This document shows positions 34,267 through 46,200 of a DNA stretch of 64,000 bases, piece by piece. The notes beneath the pieces are model-generated. The model was not told the DNA's origin, ran no database searches, and was given only the letters and a program-made list of their open reading frames with translations. The DNA comes from Raillietiella orientalis (Eukaryota). How positions within the stretch are numbered: position 1 is the first letter of the stretch; each line of letters opens with the position of its first letter. The stretch is from contig JAYWIR010000021.1 of the NCBI GenBank assembly GCA_036172245.1, forward strand, positions 2,852,001-2,916,000. The letters are read 5' to 3'. Both the position numbers and the translations under genes were made by a program.

Positions 34267-37200
34267 ATTATACCAATATGTGTGTATTTTGGCTCGAAAT
34301 TAATATCACTTTGCATTTACTGCAATAATTGGGATCTCACAATGACATAACGGAAACTGGAACGCTCATACATTTCATTATGGAATATAACACAGAGAAT
34401 GTCACATGTGTTTCATAGTCTGAATTCTTACATGCTTTGATCACAGACACGGTTCCTCAAGGGTGGGCTCTGATACACTTTCACATATTGGAATTCAAAC
34501 AATTATTAATGTATTGAGTTTTATTAGTGGGAACACTAATTCTGAAATTCACATAAACCTGGCCTTTTTTTTTTTTTTCTTTTTTTTTTCTTCACTATCT
34601 TTAAAACACTTCCGTTAAGTCATACTCATCCTAAAAATAAAAGCTCATATACTTCATTAAACATGGAACTGAAACCTCGACGGAACGTTTACGCTACAAA
34701 GGTATCAACCATTCTTTGACTATCTTATTTAAGGTGCACATGCACATGACCATACGTAAATCACTTGCAATCATTTGAAACGAAATTATTCAAAATATTA
34801 CCTTTTTATAAACATAAACCCCGTGATAGCTATCAAAGGTATGACCATTCCTTGTCATACAACGTTCGTAAAACGGTGCACACACATACGCAAATCACAC
34901 ACACAACGTAATCCAGCTCCTAAGCGCGATATAGCATAAACATAACCGCATGAATTAAACAATAGAGCATTCATAAAACGGAATTACCAGGGATTACTCC
35001 CCAAGAAAATAGTACTGTTTGGGAAGATTAATTTTAGTGGTTTCACCTATAATAATGGAAAAAACTTTCAATTGCATTTGCAAATAAAGTTTACTTAAGC
35101 TTTAAGCTTTTTATTTGAAGCTGTTTTCCATTTTATGCACTAAAAAGGTCCTAAATGTTCACATCAACAATGATATTTGTTAATTACCGTACGTGATAAT
35201 CAAGTGCATTATAAATCAAGCAAAGCTTCAAAATACTAGCTATAGAAAATTTACTTTAATGACATGCTGGCCTCTACTAGATTTTCATTGCTATTCATCG
35301 CACCAAGAGATACAGTTGGCTTATTTAGTTGATATGGACACGTGTTTGAAGCACGTTATTGGAACCTTCTGCTTAGGGGCGGCAGACTAATTCTTGGAAT
35401 CAGGAACCAGGAAAGAAAAGACTTGACATCGGGAACTTGAAGAAGATGAAGACTGTATTCAAAACTTTAGTCAGAAGCATTCCGATCATTTGGAAAATAT
35501 GCAGAATTCAAACAGAAAAGTGAAACCCTTCTTCACAATCTTTATTGAAGTATTCGGAATATTGTTTAATAAAATATGACTGTAGATCACTGTAGCCACA
35601 TTTTGATGTATGAAACGATGTGCAATGTGGCCCTCTCTGAAATTATTGTATCCTAGAATCGAGAACCTGAAATACTTATGTCATGACTGTCGATACCCTT
35701 TCGTTCATAAACTACTAAAATCATAATAGATGAATTATTTTGAAAAGACCACTATACTTAAGAAAAACTTCTTGATTATGAAAAAATCTTTGGTGGCTGT
35801 GAATCGAGGGCATAATGTATGCATTTTAGAAATTTAGGAAATATTTTGCTAGGGATACTTACCTTCGTTATTTGTGCTCCTCAGTTTTCATAGAATACGT
35901 GGATCTCTTAATGGTTTAGGAAGTCAGTAGAAACCAGTAGCTGATATACAATGCACGTTTTGAAAACACATGTTTAATTAACATTGCAGTTTCAGGTTAC
36001 AATGGTGGACTTCAGGTGCAAAAATGAATTTGGAAACCAAAGGAAACATGTTGCAAGTAATTTACAACGTGCTTCCTTTCCGAGCAAAACGTGTTGGCCA
36101 AAATATATCCTCAAATATGACTTTTTCTAATCTTTCTGCAGATGGATTGGGGTATTACTGGCATATTGCAGGCATACTTTATATATTATTCCATTATTGT
36201 TTACACAGCGTATTATCAGCGTGCTAATGATTTGCAATTTTTCAAAATGCTGCAGTTCAATTTCGGGAGATGCGATTCAATTTTTGTACGACGAGTTTAC
36301 AGATCTTTGAACTGTTTTGAAACAAAGCAGCTTATACCAATGAGTACGAAGCACTGAATTTATTAGGCATCAAATTCAGCTAGTGATACTCTGTCCTCCA
36401 TGAGTAACGACATACACTTATAGTATTCTGATGCCACCTATACGAAATGCACCAAGTGCATTGGTAAGAAAATTCGTTGTGAGCCAAATTTCTGGACTGA
36501 ATTCCTTCCAGCAACAAAAGTGTCAATACCCGACCACTGGTACTATGCTTTATTTTCACTGAATCGTGGTTGTTACTTTTCTTTGAAGAGCAGATGCCAT
36601 AATTCAATTCATTATGAGTTTGAGGATTTCTTCCCAAGTGTGCAATGAAGATTCGTACTTGATAGGGTGCTTAGTCACTCTTGCCAGGATGTTGAAAACT
36701 GACTTAGCAAATGACCAGACGCGTATGACTTTTTCACTAAGGCATCATACAAAAGGATTCTTTTAGGTTATCTACCAACACAGCTTTACATGATTGAAAA
36801 ACTGTACCGTGGGCAGTTGGGTTTTCCCAAGTTGTTAGTGCATACCTGGACTTGGGAAAAATCCAGAAAATTTCAAAAAGAACGCACTTACTGTTGCATG
36901 CAATGCGCTACAGTAACTGCAAGAGTCGATGAAGAATATGTGAACTGAAGAGCTTTGTGATTTCTCATGATCAAAAACCCATCTCTCGGAGGTAAGTGGA
37001 TTCGAATTGCACTACTTGCCAGAGCCATTCAACTGGAAATAAAGGAAGAGGCATCAACTGCACCCAAATGTATCGAAGAAAGGAAACTTCTTTTTGAAAA
37101 GTAGTGAGCTATTTGCATTAAAGGGAGCTTCGATTGCAGATGGCTCCACACCCAAAAGAGCAGACTGCTCACGAGAACTTCCTCAAAAGGTAACGCTGGC

Positions 37201-40200
37201 AGCAGGAAATCAAAATTTCTAGACCAAATTCCGAAAAAGGAAAGCAAATCTGTCAATCAAACTGGACTAGCTGATAACTATCTTCAAGGGAACAACAGCC
37301 AAATGGGTAGATGACCAACCTGAGAGACCTAAATAGAGAACTTCCTCCTTAACTACAGAAGCAAAAGAATTGAACAGGTAGCTGTTGTCTGAGGTCACCA
37401 ATATAATTAATCATCAAACGATAAATTACCTGTCGAAAGCACAGAATAACAGAATCATATTCGTTTATGAAACGATACTTTGCATATGAGAAAATGAGAC
37501 CTTGAGTTTTCTCTTCTTGCTAAAAGAGCCAAAATAGGCAGAATGTTTCGAAGCAAGATTCCTGGTGAATCAGTGGAAAAAAAAAAAACTTGCATTGCCT
37601 TATGCCAGGATTATAGCCAAGTAGCCAGCGAAAACATGTGTCATGAGGAGGCCGCAAATTTAAATGCACGAAAGAAAGAACGGGGACTCTTTCGGAGAAT
37701 CCTGAAAATATCATTTATTCACGTTTCTGAAGGAAATGAAGCTTAGGACCATGTGACAGTCATCAATACTTATAATCATCTCAATTCCCGTAAATTCATA
37801 TGAGAGTAAAGCTTTGCTGTGGGAAGGCGGAGGGGGGCGGTGATCATAGGATTTTTTGAACATCTCCTGAATCCTGCAACATTTCCAACCTCATGCGGCT
37901 GTAAGGATGGTTCTAGGTCGATACAGGAAACTGTCAAGAGATCCTATTACGAATAAGCAGCTTGAAGTATCCTACCAGTCTCTGATGTACTGCTAGAATG
38001 CGTGCTTCAGGTGTTTTTAATCTTTCCGAAACGATGATTCTGCTACATGCCACCTGTGGACGTGGGTTAATGAGTTCATTCGAAGTTTTGTTAATCACTG
38101 AAGAGTAATAGCTGTCATTATAGGAAATCAGATATTGTAGTTTGATACCCATGAGTGAACAGATCAATTTGGTGCAGCCTCCCCCCTCTGGTGTATTGGT
38201 GCGTTCATTCTCCTCAGTTCATTCCTCCTGTTGATCATAGAAAATTTATATATGATCAAGGATAACTTAAAAATACCTCGGAAATGACTTTCGCATCAAT
38301 GATTTCCGCCATAACTTTGCAAGTTTGCCGTCATTCTGAATTTATTAAATAAGATACAGTTTCGATCCCTTAAAATGAGATCACGACGAGGACGGGTAGG
38401 CTGCGAAGTGCAGGTTTCCTTCGGATACAGCAGCATTTTCTGTGTGACCCCACGTGACCCCGTACCATCCACTACTTAGGAGCATCCTTTTCCCCCCCCA
38501 ACACCATTCGAACCTAACACGCTTTTAAGAAATTGGCTTTCATGAACTGCAGCATTACGGACCAAATACGAACTGATGAACTGCGACGTTTGAAGGGGTT
38601 TTTATTTTGGCCACAAACCCACCAAGAGCTGCCGCGAGCAGCAAAGCACTTGGAAGCGATCGTTACGAGCAGAGACTTTGCTGATGTCGTCCGAATCGAA
38701 ATCATAAAATCTGGTGGTGGCTCACGGGCTTTCAGCGCTTGCCCGCTCTCGAGAGATCTTAGTTCTCACTCAGCCTTCCGTAGCATGGTTTCATGACTTC
38801 CCCTCCCCCCTCCCTTCTGCTTTTTAGCAGGAAAAAAAAAAAAAAGTCCGACCTCGTCCAGACCGGGCTGCAAATCAACGCATCGGATTTCGCCGCGTGT
38901 TCGGAGGAGGAAAAAAAATCGAGGTGGCCGTTTCCTCGCAGATAAAGCTGTCGATTCTGGTTTACGAGTCATTGGAAACAAATCACATATCAAAGCAGGT
39001 ATCCAAATGAGGCACTTGCCCGCCGTTTCCCAGCCGAAATTCGAAAAGAGAGACTGTGGCAAGTCACGCATGTGGTAAAATTGTCGGTCACAGCCGAAGT
39101 GAGAATTGGACTTCGTGACAAATCCTATAGCAACCGACGGCGGTTGTTAAGCGCCTTCGGTTCCACCTTCCCATCTGTGCGGAACTTGTCTGGCAGCTCT
39201 TCGAAGTGGGTCATAACTTGCAACTGAAATTCATCGTGTACGACAACAGTTTGAGTGCAGCCAAGAGCTGCTCGCGCTTAACGACGGTAACTAAGTGCGA
39301 TGCTACCGCGGATGCAGGTGTGGCATGACACTGAGGTAGAAGTGCCGACTGACTGTGAGCAGCCACGAAACATCGTGTGCATAGTGGTAGTAAAGATTCG
39401 ATGGATCTTTGCTCTTCGGGTATATGTAGCTGCATTATAATAATTGAGTGGTGATAAGCAGATTATGAGATAATTGTAGCTGAGGGTGCTTGTTGCAAAA
39501 GACATGCTCGGAAACTTTCGGTTCCGTAAAGAGAAGAGTTTGCTACGGACCACTTAGGTGAGATTTCGATGGGGACAGGAAAACGACAACGGCCGTCGAT
39601 CGGACAGATTCGCGCCCAGAAGAATGTCCCTCCTTTCTCCTTCCTTCCCTCTCCTCCCCTTTCACGAGAACACGGGCATTCTAGAGATCGCACATCTCTT
39701 ACAATTTTTCTTTGTGTGTGGACACCATCACAGGAGCAAAGCAGCTAATACTTTCATAGTTAGCTGGAAATGCTCTCTTGCATGAGGATGTTTCTCACGC
39801 TGCCAGACTCCTTTGATCGACATGCGACCCACTGTAGGGGATATAGGGAAGGGGGACTCAAGAAGAGAAGCCGGAGATCCCAGTCCATGGATGGGTCTCT
39901 TCAAGAGTCAGGAAAACGACCGATGAGTTGGTGGATTCCAAATACAAAACGAGGAAAGGTCAAGTACACTGAAAGCTGGGACCTACAAGGAAGGCTCCCG
40001 ATCGTTGGACCGGTGTCCTGGTACAGGGGAGAAAGAACCACTATGCAGATTTCCTCGAGGAGATCGCTGTTCCCAGAAACCCTCTATGCAGAAACCATGG
40101 AGAAAAAACTGCTCCCGTTCTTCCTCAGAATTCGAAGCCGGTGGTCGTCCCTACAGGGTGGGTACACACGCACAGAGAGGCTTGGATAAAGCAAGCTTTC

Positions 40201-43200
40201 CCCTCTCTTGACTAGAAATTTCCGGAGTAAGCACGGGGAAAATAGTAAGAGCAGGAATCAAGATGCTGCAAGGATATGAATTTCCGACAGATGGGATCGT
40301 GCGGAGAAGATTCCTGAGGGGCTGGTTCTTAACGTAGATTGTTTTAGCAAGCAAAGGAGTTCAGATAGAGGCAGGAAGCCGGTACCGAAATACAGGACGT
40401 TTGCACTCCCACTAGAAGATGGAACAGCAGTGACGTCATCCAACAACTTGTGAAGAGGATAAAGCAATCGATGGAACGGAGAAGGAACTATCTGTTGAAA
40501 ACTGCAGCATAACAAATTTTCTGGTTGGTATCAAGTTTTGACCTTCATCGAGGAGAATATTCTACAGGACCAAACATCGCAGCGAGTGCTCTGCGGTATC
40601 GAGAACATGGCGATCTCTTGGATCCTCTTGGCATACTGGGTAAGACTTTTTGGCATATGACACCATGGAAAGGCTACCACCGTACTAGAAGAGGTCGTGA
40701 TGCTTGCGGATTATTGTTTCTTTCGGTTTCACAGAGACGACCTCTGGATGCTGTTAAAAATTCTCCTTCGACTGTCCTCAGCCTTTCATTCAAAACAGAA
40801 GCAGTGTATGCAAAGGTATGGTGGAGTCGAATTCAACTTGTCCCATGGAAGCTGCGAACCCCTGTGAAATTCTTCCAGAACCCGGGAGAAGTGGAAAGGA
40901 GTCCGTGTTCCTCTCTCAAGTCGTTTCAGAGATCTCCTTTTCTCTGGAAGATTCGTTTCAACTTCCTTGGATTCCCTTTGTCAGACTCAACTTCCATTGT
41001 ATCCTTGTTCTTCACTTGAGAAATCTCCACCTTACTTTGTAAGCTAAAATCTGAAAGAAGCATAAAGTAAAGAGATCGATTCACGTTCCTTCCTCCCGCC
41101 CCCCCTACTTTCGTTGTACTCAGTGGATGATCCAGGTTCCGGAGGAAATGGACCCACCTCCTCCTAGTAAGACTTCCCGTTGGAACTGTGGACGCGAGAG
41201 AAGACAGGCGTAGGCGAGCCTTAAGCCATCGTGGCATTCTGACTGCGGCAGAGTTTCCTCTTGCATCCTAAGAGCCGTTCTGTAGCAATGCAAAGGTGAT
41301 AGGTAAGCTATGCCGTCCTCATTTTGCGTCGGAAACCGAAGAATCTCTACCAGCCATCACCAGCATTTCGAGTGAAGTTAACCGCAGGAATCACGCCCAC
41401 GAAACATTTCGGGGATTGGAATCTTCCGCACCTAAGAAAATCATGGTGTTTTCAATCGCACTCTGGCGCTCATTTCTTTCCAATCGATAGTTTCACACTT
41501 ACTTCCTGCATCATGGGAAGAACATTCCATCCGGCCATCTTCTGGTATCATCTTCACAGAGCTTACCTTAGTAGCTTGGTACTTAGCCGGACAATCGATA
41601 TAAGACATCAGCTAACCAATGACATTTTTAATCGAAATCTGCTCTTGGGAAGTTCTTTCATAGACGTTCAAGGACTTGTAAGTGTTCCTGAAAGCCCTTC
41701 TGTAAATTACTGAGACCTAAGTGGTTTTGCACGTTGGCTTCCCTGAGTTTCTAATTTGATATCCGTAATCATTATCAGCATGGTTCTTTGCTGCTGCTCG
41801 TCTGGATGCAAAATACAACTATCTGTTAGTAAGGTCCTTGTTTTCTCCTTAATAATTATTCCACTTCCCAATCGGTATAGGTCTGAGAAGTGAAAGGTGG
41901 TCTCTGAAAACCTGCAATGCAGATGAAGTGTTGCTGATGTGGCAGTGTGGATCAGGTCTCAAATATTCCCTTAAAAAAGATTCCAGTCAATTTCCATGCA
42001 GCACCTGCATTCTCTCTCGGCTGTACTCTTCTTGAGATATAATCCTGGCTTTAGCCGGGAACTAAGTCCTTGCTCCGTCCTGGAGAAAAGTCTTGCCGCT
42101 TGCAGGTTCCTGCAGGGCATCTGGTTTGGTTGCTGAAGCAACCAAACCAGACTCAGCTTCTCCCTGGAGAAACCATTCGGCTACTCGAAATTATTTTGTA
42201 GAGACCCTGGAAAAAAAAAAAAAAAAAAAATCAGAAGTGGATTACGCGATCTTTTCGAGAAAGAGAATAAAATCGTTTTGGGCTTCTGAGTTTCAGGAAG
42301 AGAAGGAATCGCGTTGCCATAGCTAGGCTCCCCTCCAGACAGCGAAAATTTTGAAGCCATCCTAGAATGTCGTAATTCATCCCGAGAGTAGTTACTGTTT
42401 CCCGTGCTGAATGCGATGCTTTGTTTCTTTCTTCTGAAAACGGTCCCCTCAATCGTTTTCATTACTTAAATTGCTTCTTTGGCTAAGTGGAGAGCATAGC
42501 GTCTCCATACAGCCGCGAGTTACTAAGTCACATATGAAGATGGTGCGAGTTTCTCGAGTTCTTCCTTCACGCTTTCTTTTCGACATCCTCATGATGGCAT
42601 TTCTGTAAGCACAGCGGAACATCCCCAACTGTTCTTCTTGGCCCCTTATTGCAGCTGCCTCTTTGTTTCTAAGAATTATGTCGTTCTAAGGGGGAAAGAA
42701 ACAACGAAGTGCTGACATTAAGCTACGATTTCCTGCGTTTAAAAATATTTGGAATCTTTCGAAGATCTGATCTCTGGTAAAAGCAGTTCCCAAGGGAACG
42801 AGAGGATAATAGGTTGGCAAAAATAGTGTTTTCCCTTTTTTGACATCAAACTTTCATTGGAGGTACTCCCTTTGAGGAGTTATGCAAATGTCCAAGGATT
42901 TTTCTCGCACCGCGGGATGTTTTCTCCTGCAACTCCTGAGGACTCAGATAAGAAATATGACGCTGTCACTGTGTTTTCACGTGTTAAATGCAAGCTCTTC
43001 AGAAAAAGAAGATCCGATTCCTTTGAGTACCCGAGAAACTTCGCCTTAGCACTCGAGTACTCGCTTCCCACTTCGACTTACACGAACGCGCGAAGTCTGC
43101 ACAGCGAAGATGGCTGCGCAAACTCCCTCCGAGAGCAGCCTTCGTTGACGCCGAAGATAGGTCCGCACTTCAGGAGACAAGTGGGTGCCTCAGCAGCGGC

Positions 43201-46200
43201 AAGGTAACGACAGGAGGGGAATGAAACGCAACATTTATGGCTCGATGTACCGTTCAGCATGGCGGAGAGCCGAGAGCGTTGCTTAAGTGGGCTGCCGCTC
43301 AGATGCAAAAGAGCATCTTCCAGATATCTTGATGCAGAGCAGCAGCAACGTGCTCAGTTTCTCGGCTGTAGCGTTGCTCTCCTTCTGCTTGGAGAGTCCT
43401 TTGGAAAGCTGGCCGCAGCTTACAAAACCTTCTTGGTTCCCTGCACTCTGTTCTCGACTAGGAGGATCGATCGTTTCTTTTTTTTTTTTTCTTGTCATTT
43501 AATCATCTTCACAGGGAAATCCGCAAAAGAAAACAAACAAACAAATCATTCGAATCAAAACAGTTGATTTCGGCTCGCTTCTGAAAACTGCCCTCTGTCA
43601 TCTGCTAATCTCGCCGGGATGCTAGGTTAGCTTCTCGGATCACGTGCAATCGAAGAAGTTTTTTCGCACACGGCGCCTTTCGCATGCTCATACCCTGAGG
43701 CAGAAAAGGACCTACAGTGCAAACACAGTGACACTTATTAAAGTTCAGATGCAAAGCGGTGATAAGATTCAAATCGGTGGGGAGTATTATCTTTCAATGA
43801 CCTGACGAAAATCCACATTTTGTCTGCTGAAAAAGAATCTCTTTCGAGACTGTGAGGTTGCTTTGTGACGAACTCTCGGTACTCACGAATTTGCTATTCG
43901 CTTTTTCTTATCTTCAGTTGAACCTTCATGTTTTTTTTTTGTTTTTTTTTTTTTAATTTGTCTCTCTGGAAATATGCTAAGGAAGCATCCACGTGCATCA
44001 TCCACATTTTGCGGCTTCTTCATGGCATCCTCAATCAATTTGTTGGAGCTTTCGAATTTCCGGTACCTAAGAGCATGGCCGTCTTCAAGTCACTCCACTT
44101 CTTGATACAAAGTAATCCTCCTCTCTTCCAGAATAATCCCTCCTTTCGTTAATGGCAAACACAGAAACACATTCCAAAGTCATTACGCATTGGAAAATGA
44201 CAGCGACGTGACGCTGCTGCTTGTTTTAAGAAGGCCTTTTCTATGAGAATCATTTTTTCAGTTTACACTGGTGCACCCTAGAGCAAAGTAAGGAGAATGT
44301 GTCTCTTTTATTCTATCGGATCCTTCTGCAGAATGGTGACCAAGTGACCAAAAAGTGCTGTGACTGTTGCAACTGCATTCTTTACGAAGAGGGCTGCATG
44401 CAGACTCTTTTATCTGCATGTTATAGAATGTGCAATAATCTTCTAGGATCTTCAGCTGATGATCTTGGTTTCCTTCTCTTAGGAGGAGTAATCAAGCGGG
44501 AAATCGCTTTTCCTTCTTACCTTCCGATGTCTGTTGTAAAGCCTTCCTCTAACATGTCCCACTGATTCGGAAGGAGTAGCGCTCCGGGGCAAGCTCCTTC
44601 TTTTCTTCCAGATGGTTTTGTTGGAATCACTATTTCCTGTCCTTCGGAGGGAAATTGCAGCCTCTTTTGATGATCTTATTGCAGCCACTTCTGAGATCCT
44701 ATACTTAGAAAATGCTCTGAACCAATGTGGCTTCTAAGGATTGCTCCGCGGTCTATCCGGAGCTCAATTTTTTTTCTTCGTGGTTTCAGCAAATAAGCCT
44801 TGAAAAAGAAATGAATGACTCGTGTAAACAAAAGTCAATGTGGTCTCTCCGTCTTTTCAACTCAAATCCTCCTGAAGGTATGGAACAACGCTCGTTTTTC
44901 TGGAATTGACTTTGGCCTCCTTTTTTTTTTTTTTTTTTTTTTTTTTCTCTTCTAAATTTGTCAAAAAGGAAAAGTTCTTCCTCACTATCATATATAGCAG
45001 TGGACCTTGTTATTGAAGCCAACTATCTCCAAATCAGCTTCACGGGACGCAGACCTTCTCACACCCTGCACTAGGAACACTTTCCTGCGGGGGATGCTGG
45101 GATGACCGAGATGTCATACGGTGCTCTCCAACGCTACTCTTATTCGAATGTTGAGGAGCTCAAAGATGACGAAAATCACGGTTCGTTTTCCTAAAACTAT
45201 CCTCTGTCCCTGGGGCGTAGTCCCACGAACATGTCCAGAGAAAGAGCGCACAATGCTCATTACTGTCTATTGATGAAGAAGATCAAAAGGGTGCCTCACA
45301 TTCATACTCCTGCCCCTCATCTAGGAAAAGTTTTCATCTGCTACTCAAAAGATGCAGTAATCTCTGATAGATCTCCGAACGCGCTCCTTTGGCACTCTCA
45401 TTCCTCATTCTCTTGAAAATTATGAACCCCACGGGAGGGAGTTTATAATTTGCCCCTGATGACCTGACGTCTTATGCTTGCCTATTTAAGTTCAGACCCA
45501 TTTTTAAAAGAGCTTTAATTAGTCCACAAGTTCTCTGAACAGGACGACGATCTCCAAAAACTGAATCCAATATTGTCTTTTAATAAAGACATTCAAATCG
45601 CCGAAAGACAATCACTTCAGTGACGACAACTGCCAACCAGCACTCGAAGCTTTTCTTCTTTGAAATTAGATTCATTCCTTGTTTTTTTTACTGGGTTTCT
45701 AAGCTTTCTCTTGCGACTCGTCTTTGCATACTTTCGTGTCCTTAGCTTGTTCTGTTTGCTTCTGATGAAGGGAGAGAAGAGTCCATGGCTGCAGTTCGGC
45801 TACCGAGGAACACGCAGGCATCCTGAGGAGATAATAGGTCTAGCAATTCGATGAAGACAAAAGGAAAGAAGCAACAGTGGATTCCAATTGAAGGAAGAAA
45901 GAATTGGTCTACGGTGCTGGTGAAAATAGACGGATAAAGCAATCGGCTGGTACTTTGCATCAGAAGCTTCAGATATCAGTGATTCTTGCAACCAGATCAT
46001 GGTTCATAAACTTCTAAACTGATTATCCGTTTACTTTTCAGGAGAAAAAGGAAGCAAGTGGCAGAAGAATCTTTTGAACATAGAGTTGATGATGATCTCT
46101 TCTAGTTGAATATGCAAAAACGCCAGGATATCCCGAGCGATGAGGATAGAAATTTTCACAGGGGATTTTTGCTGGAGCGCAAGATCTTAGTGGACCTCAT

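Noticed and set aside
41740..41762. miR-125-like seed TCCCTGAG
   Set aside because: The 3' part diverges and there is no precursor hairpin.
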